A DNA stretch of 64,000 nucleotides, taken from assembly GCA_965602015.1 (NCBI GenBank), contig OZ271918.1:640001-704000 (forward strand), written 5' to 3'. A program made the position numbers and the translations under genes. Position 1 is the stretch's first letter. Each line of letters starts with the position of its first letter. Origin of the DNA: Salinispira sp. GTDB lineage: Bacteria; Spirochaetota; Spirochaetia; DSM-27196; Salinispiraceae. This document shows, in pieces, positions 26,410 to 36,006 of the stretch. The notes below the pieces were generated by a model that was given only the letters and a program-made list of their open reading frames with translations, was not told the DNA's origin and did no database searches.

Positions 26410-28043
26410 ACCTCGCTCGATGCTGTTGTCCAGAAGGCACCCTGCAATTTTAATCGGTAAGCTTCTCTCATTAGCCTTAAAAAACCTTGATGAAGTTTTG
26501 ATGCGCTATCCCGCAGCTCCTCGGGGAAATTCTCATCCTCAGTTTTAAGACCGCTGGTCATGAAATTTTCAAGGAGAAGTTTGCCCGCAAGGAATCGCTG
26601 GTACTTATTCACTCCGAAGGCGGTAAAGCCTTTTATCAGACCCATGACCTCCCATGTCACTTGCTCGGCCTGGCTGTAGCGGCCTGCATCCTTATCTTGG
26701 TCACTGACTCTCAATGGCAGATTCTGCTGGATCGATGGCAGTTCTTTAATGAGATAGTCGAGATTAAACAGTCCGGTGGCGCAGTTAAACAGAATAGGCA
26801 GGTTTTTTTGCTCCGCGCTGGCAACCTCGGCGGGACTGATGGCAGGTCCGATGTCAGCGCAGTTCAGTCGACCGTCCTTTTGGCGTATCAGGACGCCACC
26901 TTTAATGTCGACCGCTGTCTTGAAGGAGAAATCGAAACCCGCCGGGCTACCCGTCAGCAGCATGACGGCGATCTCAAGGGGATCCGGTAGGTAACCCAGG
27001 TTGTCAACATTGCCCAGGTATACCAGCTTTTTCCCGCTGCCGTGTAATTCCCGATATACGGATTCCAGAGCGAAGAAATTCTGTCCGTGACCCCCGGGAA
27101 GGGCAAGGGGGGAATCCCTCTTTCCCCAGGCCTCGAGGAAAAACCTCCGGAGAGAAGCATTGGTGTCCAGCAAAGAGCTATGGGTAAGAGCGGCGATGAG
27201 TGGTTGGACTCCGGTGAGGAACCAGGGTTCCACCAGGCCGAGCTCCCGGGAAAGTCCTCGCAATGCTCCGCTGTCCCGATACTGATTATATGCCAGGGCC
27301 AGCTCACTGTCGTTTCCGCTGCTGGACATTTGAAATAGGGGGAATAGGGGTTTGGACCATCCGCTTTCTCCCGAGTCGTGAATACTTTGGCTTACCGGGA
27401 ATCGCCTGTAATGTTCTCTGGTCAGCAGCATGGCGTTTCGCAGCTTGAGTTCGATGTAGCTGTAACCGGGAGAACCGTCGGGGTTGATATACCCCGGCGT
27501 TAAGCCCTTGGCCCGCCCTCGGCAGGCTGCGGCCTGACGGGAAAAATCATCACTGTATAGTTCAAATAGTCCTGCATTGAGACTGCGGTTTTTCTTCTCG
27601 TCGGCATAACTTGTTGCGGACCCCCCGTTGAGAATTCCGTAGCTCACCAGCGGAAGGGCCGCAATTCCGATGGTCTCAAGTTCTGCAGCGGAGACGCTCC
27701 AGATTCCCGAGGTCGGCATCCTAGTTTGCCTGAGGATTTCATCAAAAACAGGTTGAGGGATGCCTGCGTCTCGCAGGCGTTCTCCGGCGAGACCGGCATC
27801 GATGGACAGGCTAACGCCATTCCTATCGCTGATATCAGCGATCAGGCTTACCCCCGCTTGCGGTTCACGCAGTTCGCCTGGCTGGGGAACGGGAAATCCG
27901 TCCACCTCCACAGCTTTTTTACCGACTCCTCCGGCATCCATCTCCCTCACCTTGTTGAGCACCCAGGTGCTCAGCTCCGGGTCAATGCCGGCGGATTGCA
28001 GAAGAGCCTGGGTCCGGGCTTGGTCTCTGTCTTTCGAACTCAT
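26406..28043 (-). CDS. UDPGP-family (eukaryote-type) UTP--sugar-1-phosphate uridylyltransferase
   Basis: LNGGSATS, PGGHG, NVDNL, DIKGG and FNCAT motifs; GAGGAG RBS points to ATG 28043 rather than 28268. Confidence 0.8.
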   Translation of the reverse strand: MSSKDRDQARTQALLQSAGIDPELSTWVLNKVREMDAGGVGKKAVEVDGFPVPQPGELREPQAGVSLIADISDRNGVSLSIDAGLAGERLRDAGIPQPVFDEILRQTRMPTSGIWSVSAAELETIGIAALPLVSYGILNGGSATSYADEKKNRSLNAGLFELYSDDFSRQAAACRGRAKGLTPGYINPDGSPGYSYIELKLRNAMLLTREHYRRFPVSQSIHDSGESGWSKPLFPLFQMSSSGNDSELALAYNQYRDSGALRGLSRELGLVEPWFLTGVQPLIAALTHSSLLDTNASLRRFFLEAWGKRDSPLALPGGHGQNFFALESVYRELHGSGKKLVYLGNVDNLGYLPDPLEIAVMLLTGSPAGFDFSFKTAVDIKGGVLIRQKDGRLNCADIGPAISPAEVASAEQKNLPILFNCATGLFNLDYLIKELPSIQQNLPLRVSDQDKDAGRYSQAEQVTWEVMGLIKGFTAFGVNKYQRFLAGKLLLENFMTSGLKTEDENFPEELRDSASKLHQGFLRLMREAYRLKLQGAFWTTASSEV

Positions 28044-28086
28044 AAATACTCCTCTTCCCCCGCAAGCCGGCAGGTCCACGAAGCCG

Positions 28087-28243
28087 AGGCGGGCAGCCGG
28101 CGCCGGCGGTCGATGCAGGTGACTGATCCCGCCCGTCGATTCAGGTGACCGATCCCGGCGGCTGACTATGGCAGCCAGGTGGGCAGCCGGTGCCGGTGGC
28201 TGATAGCTGGGGCGGACACCGCAGGCTGCAGCCGGTGGCTGAT
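28087..28243. repeat. GC-rich mosaic of short direct repeats in the glk-UGP intergenic region
   Basis: AGG(C/T)GGGCAGCCGG(C/T)GCCGG(C/T)GG at 28087 and 28177; CAGGTGAC(T/C)GATCCC at 28116 and 28142; GCCGGTGGCTGAT at 28192 and 28231. Confidence 0.65.
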
Positions 28244-28362
28244 GGCGGGGACAGTTGCCGGTGACCAATGCCGAGGGCCCTTCCTGGCGACTGCAATAGG
28301 CAGCCCGCGGTGAACAGTGCGAACCGCCGGCCGCTGTCCGGTCACCATGGTTAGCCTGGCTT

Positions 28363-29445
28363 CTATCGGTGAATAAATTTGGTCAGCTGCACGTAGGCGT
28401 GGGCCGCTCCGTACAGGCTGATTTTGTAATCTTCGACGATGTAGACCGGTATGCTTTCCAGTACCGGGCGGATGCTGGACTGATAGTTAAAGAGAAAGTT
28501 TTTCATAAACAGATCGTCGCGAATGAAGAATTCCTTGTTTTTGGCGGCGATCCCCCCGGCGAGAAACAGTCCCTTCCTCGGAATAAAACTGAGGGCGAGA
28601 TTATGCGCGGTCCGGGCATACATTTTGACGAAGGTTTCCATTATGAGCCTGCAGGTTTCATCCTGCTTTGCAGACATGCTGATTGCCGGGGGTTTTTCCA
28701 CATCCGGCAGGTCGGCGATTCGATTCAGTTCGGGGCTATCGGCGCCTTTTTCCTCCCGCATGAAGCGGAATATATTGGCTATTCCGATGCCGCTTACGAA
28801 CATTTCCGGTTCCGGGGCTGCTCCGTTGCGGGCGGTCATCCAGTTTCTCAGTTCGAGGGTGATATCGTCGAATGGCGCGAAGTCCGTGTGGCCGCCCTCG
28901 GCTGGGAGGGCGAGGATGCGGTCCTGCTCTTCGATGAGGTACCCTACGCCCAGTCCGGTGCCGGCCCCGACGACGGCCTGTATGCCGACGCCCGGCAGGT
29001 ATTCCTTCCATCGGGGGAAATTGCCGTCGGGATGTATCAGAGGCGTAATTTCATCGGGATTATCGGGATTCAACAGGGGAATTCCATAACATATCGCGGT
29101 GAAATCATTGATGACCAGGGCGGGGAAGCCGTATCTGTCCTCGATGTCCCGTCCATCAAGGGTCCACTTGATGTTGGTGGGTACACAGCGGTTATTCTGT
29201 ACCGGCCCGGCAATGCTCAGACAGGCGGCCTGGATATCGATATCCCCCAGTTCCTGTCGAAAGGCTTCGAGTGCAGGGGTGATGGCCTCAGCGAGGTTAT
29301 TGAGTTTTTGGGTTGCATACACTTTGCGGGAATGTATTGTGTATTTCCCCCGGTCGTCCTGAACCAGAGCGAGGCTGGTGTTGGTTCCGCCGATATCTCC
29401 GGCGAGAATGTAGAGGTTTCGATTATCGTTTCCGGTGAATTCCAT
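28363..29445 (-). CDS. glk: Glucokinase
   Basis: AGDIGGTN, IAGPV, INDF, GAGTGLG, EGGH and LAGGI. Confidence 0.92.
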   Translation of the reverse strand: MEFTGNDNRNLYILAGDIGGTNTSLALVQDDRGKYTIHSRKVYATQKLNNLAEAITPALEAFRQELGDIDIQAACLSIAGPVQNNRCVPTNIKWTLDGRDIEDRYGFPALVINDFTAICYGIPLLNPDNPDEITPLIHPDGNFPRWKEYLPGVGIQAVVGAGTGLGVGYLIEEQDRILALPAEGGHTDFAPFDDITLELRNWMTARNGAAPEPEMFVSGIGIANIFRFMREEKGADSPELNRIADLPDVEKPPAISMSAKQDETCRLIMETFVKMYARTAHNLALSFIPRKGLFLAGGIAAKNKEFFIRDDLFMKNFLFNYQSSIRPVLESIPVYIVEDYKISLYGAAHAYVQLTKFIHR

Positions 29446-29526
29446 GGTGGGTATTCTATCCCGAGGGCGGGATGAGTGCAACTTGCAAAGCTTGTGCTAA
29501 TGGCTTACGATTTTGTCGGGGGCTTT

Positions 29527-30462
29527 ATGGCAGAATCTTCACCCGATGAGTATAGACTTATTACCCGCAGCGATTTCGACGGTTTGGTCTGTGCGGTGCT
29601 TTTGAAGGAGCGGGAACCCATCGGAGAGATCCAATTCGTTCACCCCAAGGATATGCAGGACGGGCTGATCTCCGTCGGTCCCCGCGATATCTCCGCAAAC
29701 CTGCCCTATGTTCCCGGGATATTCCGGGCATTTGATCACCACCTTTCCGAAACTTCACGGGTTGGCGAACGGCCGGATAATCACATAATCAATCCCGACG
29801 CTCCTTCCGCCGCCCGGGTTATCTATGAGTTTTACGGGGGCAGGGCGGCTTTTCCCGATATTTCAGAGGAGATGCTCATCGCAGTGGACAAGGGCGATTC
29901 GGCGGATTTCAACATCGAAGAAGTTCTTAATCCACGGGATTGGGTTTTGCTGAACTTCATTATGGATGCCCGGACGGGACTCGGGCGATTTCGCAATTTT
30001 CGTATATCGAATTATCAGCTGATGATGGATCTGATCGATTACTGCCGGGATCACAGCATTGATGAAATTCTCGAGCTGCCCGACGTCAGGGAACGGGTTG
30101 AGCTGTATTTCGAGCATCAAAAGCCCTTCAGGGAGCAAATCCGTGCCCGGTCGACGGTGCATGACAATGTTCTCCTGGTCGATATGAAGATTGATGATGC
30201 GATATCCGCGGGTAACCGTTTCGTAAAATACGCCCTCTATCCCGAGACCAATATCTCAATCCAACAGCTTTGGGGATACAACCGGGAGAACACGGTTTTC
30301 ACCGTTGGAAAGAGCATCTTTAACAAGAGCAGCGAGGTGAATGTCGGCGAGCTTATGCTGGAATACGGAGGGGGAGGCCACATGGCGGCGGGCACCTGCC
30401 AGGTACCCAACGAGCGGGCGGAAGAGGTTCTCGAGACTCTTATCGGGAAACTCCGCGACTAA
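29527..30462 (+). CDS. DHH-family phosphoesterase (exopolyphosphatase-related / NrnA-like)
   Basis: TRSDFDG, FDHH, PSAAR and GGGGH...AG motifs. Confidence 0.85.
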   Translation: MAESSPDEYRLITRSDFDGLVCAVLLKEREPIGEIQFVHPKDMQDGLISVGPRDISANLPYVPGIFRAFDHHLSETSRVGERPDNHIINPDAPSAARVIYEFYGGRAAFPDISEEMLIAVDKGDSADFNIEEVLNPRDWVLLNFIMDARTGLGRFRNFRISNYQLMMDLIDYCRDHSIDEILELPDVRERVELYFEHQKPFREQIRARSTVHDNVLLVDMKIDDAISAGNRFVKYALYPETNISIQQLWGYNRENTVFTVGKSIFNKSSEVNVGELMLEYGGGGHMAAGTCQVPNERAEEVLETLIGKLRD

Positions 30463-30552
30463 GCGCGACGGGAAGCAGTGCTGCACCTATTGATCAAGGC
30501 CGGTAATTTCCGCTATATTAACAAGATGCAAACAGTGTGAGGAGAGCTCCTG

Positions 30553-30744
30553 ATGATCATACCTCTCGATTACCTTGAGAGCGAAGAAGGAAACATGTAC
30601 GAGTTGACCTGCGCCGCCGTACGGCGGGCGTATCAGCTCACAGTTACCGGCGATACGGAATCCGAAGATGAGCAGGCGAAAATCGTGTCCAGCGCGATTA
30701 AGCAGATACTTACCCGCAAGGTTCAGTACCGCCTGGAAGAATAG
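30553..30744 (+). CDS. rpoZ: RNA polymerase omega subunit
   Basis: 63 aa; NMYEL..A..RRAYQL and KIVS.A motifs; GAGGAG RBS. Confidence 0.85.
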   Translation: MIIPLDYLESEEGNMYELTCAAVRRAYQLTVTGDTESEDEQAKIVSSAIKQILTRKVQYRLEE

Positions 30745-31748
30745 TGAATCAATCAATCCGCCAGCGCGGATCACAGCACAAGAAGCCGTCTGAGCGGGAC
30801 CCGGCGCCTGCGAGGGCGGTTTTTCTTTTTGGTCCTACTGCCGTGGGTAAGACCAAGGCCCTCTCGGTCATATCCCGCAGTCTCCCCGGGGTTGAAGTGA
30901 TTTCTGCGGATTCGGTACAGGTATACCGTGGGCTTGACATCGGAAGCGCAAAACCCGAAAGCGATGATCTGGCATCCCTTCCCCACCATAATATTGATGT
31001 GCGCAATCCCGATGAAAACTACTCGGTAGCTGATTTTGTCGCAATTGCCGATGCTGCCATTAGTGATATTAGCTCCCGCGGAGGCATTCCGCTGGTGAGC
31101 GGCGGGACGGCATTTTATCTCAAACACCTGTGGTTCGGCCTCCCCGAGAGCCCGCCGGCAAACCCCGTGGTCGCCGCGGCCCTGGCCGAGGAGCTCAAAC
31201 TGCGGGGCATCGATGCCCTGCGAAGTGAACTCCGCTCAGTGGATGAGGTTTCCTGGGACCGCATTGCGCCTGCCGATCACTACCGCATTCTTCGGGCCTT
31301 GGAAGTTTTCCGGTCGAGCGGCCGGCCCCTGAGCAGCTACGCCCTTCCGTCCGAGCCCCGGGATGGACTGGATGTGCTGGCCTTAGGTTTAACGCGGGAC
31401 CGCCGCGAGCTGTATGAACGGATCGACCGCAGGGTGGAAGTCATGTTCGACCGGGGCCTGGAGGGTGAAGTAGCCGGTCTTCTGAGGGCGGGGTACGGAC
31501 CCGAGGCGCCGGGTATGAAGGCCATTGGATACCGGGAATTTATGGATATAGATATCCGCAACCGGCTGCTCGCCTGTAAACCCCTCGAGGACCTGCAGAG
31601 GCAGAATCTTATCGGGGATATTCAACAGGCCAGCCGGCGCTTTGCCAAGCGGCAATTGACCTTTTTCAGAAGCCTTCCGTCGGTACATTGGCTGGAGGCG
31701 GACGATACAGAGGGTATTACAGACTTGGTCCGCGGTTTTTTTCCCTGA
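30744..31748 (+). CDS. miaA: tRNA dimethylallyltransferase
   Basis: GPTAVGKT, ISADSVQVYRGLDIGSAKP, GGTAFY, AIGYRE and FAKRQLTFF. Confidence 0.95.
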   Translation: MNQSIRQRGSQHKKPSERDPAPARAVFLFGPTAVGKTKALSVISRSLPGVEVISADSVQVYRGLDIGSAKPESDDLASLPHHNIDVRNPDENYSVADFVAIADAAISDISSRGGIPLVSGGTAFYLKHLWFGLPESPPANPVVAAALAEELKLRGIDALRSELRSVDEVSWDRIAPADHYRILRALEVFRSSGRPLSSYALPSEPRDGLDVLALGLTRDRRELYERIDRRVEVMFDRGLEGEVAGLLRAGYGPEAPGMKAIGYREFMDIDIRNRLLACKPLEDLQRQNLIGDIQQASRRFAKRQLTFFRSLPSVHWLEADDTEGITDLVRGFFP

Positions 31749-31877
31749 TTCCGCTGCTTGACATGGGCGGACAGCTCGGTCATAATGGCGCCTCAATAAC
31801 TACTGGTGAGAACAGGGAATACCTCCTTCGCCGGTATGGAGCCGAAGAATCAAAATCAATAAGGAGCAGAGCACACA

Positions 31878-31967
31878 ATGCCTTGCGGAAAAAAGAAAAA
31901 ACGAAAAAAAATAGCCACTCACAAGCGTAAGAAAAAACTCAGAAAAAACCGACACAAGAAAAAATAA
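31878..31967 (+). CDS. bS22-like (AURKAIP1/COX24 domain) small ribosomal protein, 29 aa (not in the ORF track)
   Basis: MPCGKKKKRKKIATHKRKKKLRKNRHKKK; AAGGAG RBS upstream; hairpins downstream. Confidence 0.85.
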   Translation: MPCGKKKKRKKIATHKRKKKLRKNRHKKK

Positions 31968-32078
31968 ATCCCTACCCCGGCGGCATTTCCGCCGGGGCTT
32001 CGACGGCCCATAACCTGGGCCGTTCGTTTTATTCCCTTCTCCCTTTGTAGGGTCTTCCATATCTGATATACTCCCGTC

Positions 32079-32972
32079 ATGGACAGTCCGATGGTTCACC
32101 CCGCCAGCGAAGATTTTCTCGAAAAACTGTATGCGCCGAATCCCCGACCCCTGGTTATGGGGATAATCAACGCAACACCTGATTCTTTTTATCCGGGAAG
32201 CCGGGCGACCGGACTTGCCGCCCTTCAGAAAGCCCTTCAGTACGTGGTTGAAGGCGCTGATATTCTCGATATCGGGGGTGAATCCAGCCGCCCTGGTTCG
32301 GACTATGTGGATGCCCGGGAAGAAATCGAACGGGTGGTGCCCCTTATCGCCTCGATCAGACGGGAGAGTCAGATTCCCATTTCCATAGACACCCGAAAAA
32401 GAGCCGTCGCGCAGGCTGCCATCGAAGCCGGAGCCAATATCATTAACGATATTTCCGCATTGAGGGATGATCCGGGACTTGGCGAGCTTGCCGCCGATAC
32501 CGGCGTACCGGTGATTCTTATGCACATGCAGGGCACGCCGGCATCAATGCAGAAATCCCCGAGTTATCACGACGTCGTCGGCGAGGTCTGCGGCTTCCTG
32601 CAGGAGAGAATCGACTACGCCCAGTCTTTGGGAATCGCATGCGAGAAAATCATCGTCGATCCGGGAATCGGATTCGGAAAAGGCCACCTGCACAATCTGA
32701 TGCTTCTTCGGCATCTGCCTCGCATCGTAGACCTGGGTTTTCCGGTTCTCATGGGACACTCCCGGAAAAGCTTCATCGGGCGAATTCTCGCCGGCCGGGA
32801 AGGCGAGGGGGAAGACACTCAACCGGTGGATGTGGACCAACGTTTGTTTGGGTCGCTGGCAGTTGTTGCCGATAGTTATTACAGAGGTGCGCGGCTTTTT
32901 CGGGTCCACGACGTGCTGGCGACCCGTCAGCTTCTGGAAGTGTGCCGGAGCATTTCAACTGCGGGTGAATAA
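32079..32972 (+). CDS. folP: Dihydropteroate synthase
   Basis: MGIINATPDSF, DIGGESSRPG, SIDT, DPGIGFGK, SRKSF and RVHDV. Confidence 0.95.
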   Translation: MDSPMVHPASEDFLEKLYAPNPRPLVMGIINATPDSFYPGSRATGLAALQKALQYVVEGADILDIGGESSRPGSDYVDAREEIERVVPLIASIRRESQIPISIDTRKRAVAQAAIEAGANIINDISALRDDPGLGELAADTGVPVILMHMQGTPASMQKSPSYHDVVGEVCGFLQERIDYAQSLGIACEKIIVDPGIGFGKGHLHNLMLLRHLPRIVDLGFPVLMGHSRKSFIGRILAGREGEGEDTQPVDVDQRLFGSLAVVADSYYRGARLFRVHDVLATRQLLEVCRSISTAGE

Positions 32973-33006
32973 GCGCCTGACGCGAAATTTAGACTGAGGA
33001 TTGGGC

Positions 33007-33789
33007 ATGAGCTGGCTTACCGAAAGCTGGGCGCTGAGGACCGTTATCCTGCCGTTTTTGGATATCCTCCTCTTGGCGGTAATCTTTTACAAGGCATACA
33101 CCATTTTTCTCCAGACCCGGGCGATTCAGCTCGTCCGGGGTACCATGTTTATTATCACCCTCTATGCGCTGGCGTTTTTTCTCAACCTGACGACCGTTCT
33201 GTGGCTGCTCAATTTCCTCGCTCCGAGTCTGGTTATCGGCATTGCCATAATATTCCAGCCCGAGCTTCGCAAGATATTCACCCAGTTGGGTCAAAACCCC
33301 CTGTTCCGTTTTCGCGAGTCCTCCCGGCCCCTGGAAGTTGACACGGTGCTGCGGGCTGCCGAAGTGCTTTCGGCTCAAAAGCGGGGAGCCCTCATCGTAT
33401 TCGTGCGCAATGTGGGACAGAAGAATATCGTGGAAACCGGCAGCCGGCTGAACGCCGATGTCAGTGCGGCCCTTCTGATCAGCATTTTCGGTTTTGACAC
33501 CCCGCTTCACGACGGCGCCGCAGTCATCGAGAACGGCCGGGTCGTCGCAGCCGGCGCGTTTCTGCCCCTGTCTGAGCAACAGGATATTCGCCGAAGCTTC
33601 GGTACTCGTCACCGGGCGGCCCTCGGGCTGGCCGAAGATTCCGACGCGGTGGTGCTGGTAGTCTCCGAAGAGACCGGAGCCGTATCCCTTGCGTATCAGG
33701 CAGCCCTCTATTACGATCTCGAACTTGATGAAGTCAGGAGCCGCCTTATGGATCTGCTGAAACTCAGTGAGGAGGAGTTTGAGACGTGA
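33007..33789 (+). CDS. cdaA: Diadenylate cyclase CdaA/DacA
   Basis: Three N-terminal TM segments, IFQPELR, PLHDGA, GTRHRAA and VSEETG. Confidence 0.93.
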   Translation: MSWLTESWALRTVILPFLDILLLAVIFYKAYTIFLQTRAIQLVRGTMFIITLYALAFFLNLTTVLWLLNFLAPSLVIGIAIIFQPELRKIFTQLGQNPLFRFRESSRPLEVDTVLRAAEVLSAQKRGALIVFVRNVGQKNIVETGSRLNADVSAALLISIFGFDTPLHDGAAVIENGRVVAAGAFLPLSEQQDIRRSFGTRHRAALGLAEDSDAVVLVVSEETGAVSLAYQAALYYDLELDEVRSRLMDLLKLSEEEFET

Positions 33790-34745
33790 GTTCCCGCCGC
33801 AGTCTTTCTCAGATCATCGTGCGCCTCTTTTCTAATTGGCCCGCCAAAGCCCTGGCTCTTGGGGCAGCCATTCTGCTGTATCTCCTCGTTGGTCTGGAAA
33901 ACCTGGAAGAACGCTACATCACCCTGCCTATCCGTCTGGAACTTCCTCAAAACCTGGTTCCCGCCAAGGAATACCCGGCCTTCGCACGGGTATACATCCG
34001 CGGTCAAGGGGACGATATCTACTCAATAACCGAAGACGAAATCCAAATCAGCGCGGATTTCCGGCAGTTCTCCAGGGAGGGGGAATACCGCGTCGCCCTG
34101 GAAGAGCGCCGTTTGGGTCTTGCGGCCAGCATCGAACCGCTGGAGATCAGAATAGAGCCGGGGCTCTTGGAACTCACTCTCGAGCAGCGGGTCAGCGCCA
34201 TGGTGCCGGTAGTGCCTGCAATCAGCGGGTCCCCCGCGCCGGGGTACGAACTCAGCTCGTATAGCGTGATCCCCGATCAGGTCGAAATTTACGGTCCCCG
34301 ATCGGTAATTTCACAGGTAAATGAGCTTAACACCGAGGAAATTGAGCTCGGAGCCCAGGACGGGGATTTTGTTCTGCGGGTTGCCCTTGTGGCTCCGAAT
34401 CCCCTGCTTCGATTCGAGGGCAGCCGGCTGGTTGAGTTCAGGGCGGAAATAAGCGATTCGATTTTGGTAAATACCTTTGAAAACGTTCCGTTGATAATAC
34501 TCGGGCTCTCAGATGAGTTCAGTGCGGACCTGGCGGTTCCCGGCGGAAGCATACGGGTTCAAGCTAGCCAGAGTCTGATAAATCAAACTGATCCGGAAGC
34601 CATCAGCCTGGCGGTCGATGCCAGCGATATCGATGCGCCCGGAGCGTATACCCTTTCGGTACGGCCGGTGGTGCCCCGGGGATTCGTAATCTTCCGATTC
34701 GATCCGGTTGAAATTGACATCGAGATACGGGAGAGAGTCCAGTGA
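33786..34745 (+). CDS. cdaR: CdaR (YbbR-like) regulator
   Basis: N-terminal NWPAK-TM followed by repeated beta-rich domains; overlaps the cdaA stop. Confidence 0.85.
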   Translation: MSSRRSLSQIIVRLFSNWPAKALALGAAILLYLLVGLENLEERYITLPIRLELPQNLVPAKEYPAFARVYIRGQGDDIYSITEDEIQISADFRQFSREGEYRVALEERRLGLAASIEPLEIRIEPGLLELTLEQRVSAMVPVVPAISGSPAPGYELSSYSVIPDQVEIYGPRSVISQVNELNTEEIELGAQDGDFVLRVALVAPNPLLRFEGSRLVEFRAEISDSILVNTFENVPLIILGLSDEFSADLAVPGGSIRVQASQSLINQTDPEAISLAVDASDIDAPGAYTLSVRPVVPRGFVIFRFDPVEIDIEIRERVQ

Positions 34746-35110
34746 TCCTGGGAATCGGAGTTGATATCGCCCGCAACTCCAGGTTTGCGCTCTGGTTGGA
34801 AGATAGACAAAAACTGGAGCGGTTTTTTCATTCTGAAGAGATTGCCTATTGCCTTGAGCAGGGGCCGGGCTCCGCTGCATCTCTTGCAGCCCGATTTGCC
34901 GCCCGGGAAGCCTTTGCCAAAGCGCTGGGAAGGGGCTTCAGGGATTTCCCGTTAAAAGATGTGTGGGTGAGCAGGGACGGGCAGGGACGGCCGAACCTGA
35001 ACACCGCCGGCAAGGCCCGGGAAGCCGCTAATGCCCGTGGCGTCAAGGCCATTCATCTTTCCCTTTCCCACGAACGGGATTACGCAGTGGCAATGGTTGT
35101 GATAGAATAG
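34742..35110 (+). CDS. acpS: Holo-ACP synthase
   Basis: GIGVDI, AARFAAREA, GRP and LSLSH. Confidence 0.93.
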   Translation: MILGIGVDIARNSRFALWLEDRQKLERFFHSEEIAYCLEQGPGSAASLAARFAAREAFAKALGRGFRDFPLKDVWVSRDGQGRPNLNTAGKAREAANARGVKAIHLSLSHERDYAVAMVVIE

Positions 35111-35116
35111 GCCCCG

Positions 35117-35992
35117 ATGGCCGAAGAAAACGCTGCTACGACATTTTTCCAGAAAAAGCCCACGGTTTGTCCGGTCTGCGGTACTGAATTCTTTCGGGAG
35201 GAGCTTCTCACCGGCAGGGGACGCTTGATTGCCGGCAAGCTCACCTCTGAACTCCGAAGGTTGTACGAACCCAGCCAGAAGTACGGCGAGGTCTATCCCC
35301 TTATTTATCCGGTTACGGTGTGTCCCGGTTGCTACTATGCCGCCTGGAAGGAAGACTTCCTCAAACTCAACGGTGACGGAGTGGATGCCGCTGAAATCGA
35401 CACTAATGAGCGCATCGCCTGGGTATCTGAGGTCCTGGAAGGGGTGGATTTTCGGGCCAACCGGGGCCTGGCAGAGGGTCTTGCGGGTCAGCTGCTTGCC
35501 CTTCGCTGTTACGATTTTCACCGGTCGGACGTGTCCCCCATTGTAAAACAGGGCATCAGTGCCCTGAGGGGCGCCTGGCTCGCCCTTGATATGCATAAAA
35601 AATTCAGCGGCAGCAATTACGACTACCTGGCAAAAATGCTCTACCGCAAGGCGCGCTTTTTCTACCTGACGGCCATTGAATACGAATCGAACGGCAAGCA
35701 GGGTATCGGCGGGTGCCCGAACCTCGGGCCCGACATCGACAAAAATTACATGTTCGACGGAGTTCTCTATATATACGGGTACCTCGAATACCATTACGGG
35801 CCACGCTCTGATTCCTCGAAGCGTGAGGAAAATCTCAAGCGGGCCAAGCGCACCATTGCCCGGATTTTCGGCATGGGAAAGGCCACAAAAAATAAACCCC
35901 TGGCCCTGCTGGATAATGCCCGCGACCTCTACTCCCAGATCGGCAAGACCCTGGGACTGGAAAATCTCGATCCCGAGAAAGATCCGGGATGA
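35117..35992 (+). CDS. DUF2225 family protein
   Basis: CPVC...CPGCYYA zinc motif followed by a helical TPR-like region; located between acpS and truA. Confidence 0.75.
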   Translation: MAEENAATTFFQKKPTVCPVCGTEFFREELLTGRGRLIAGKLTSELRRLYEPSQKYGEVYPLIYPVTVCPGCYYAAWKEDFLKLNGDGVDAAEIDTNERIAWVSEVLEGVDFRANRGLAEGLAGQLLALRCYDFHRSDVSPIVKQGISALRGAWLALDMHKKFSGSNYDYLAKMLYRKARFFYLTAIEYESNGKQGIGGCPNLGPDIDKNYMFDGVLYIYGYLEYHYGPRSDSSKREENLKRAKRTIARIFGMGKATKNKPLALLDNARDLYSQIGKTLGLENLDPEKDPG

Positions 35993-36006
35993 GGGTATAG
36001 CCATTC

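Noticed and set aside
28044..28268. N-terminal extension of the 620-aa ORF
   Set aside because: Pro/Ala-rich translation of intergenic repeats; the RBS supports ATG 28043.
28369..29475. 368-aa + strand ORF
   Set aside because: Antisense shadow of glk with no recognisable motifs.
31800..32525. 241-aa - strand ORF
   Set aside because: Antisense to folP and the bS22-like gene; its Phe-rich stretch mirrors the Lys codons.
34952..36004. 350-aa - strand ORF
   Set aside because: Antisense shadow of the DUF2225 gene within a tight + strand operon.
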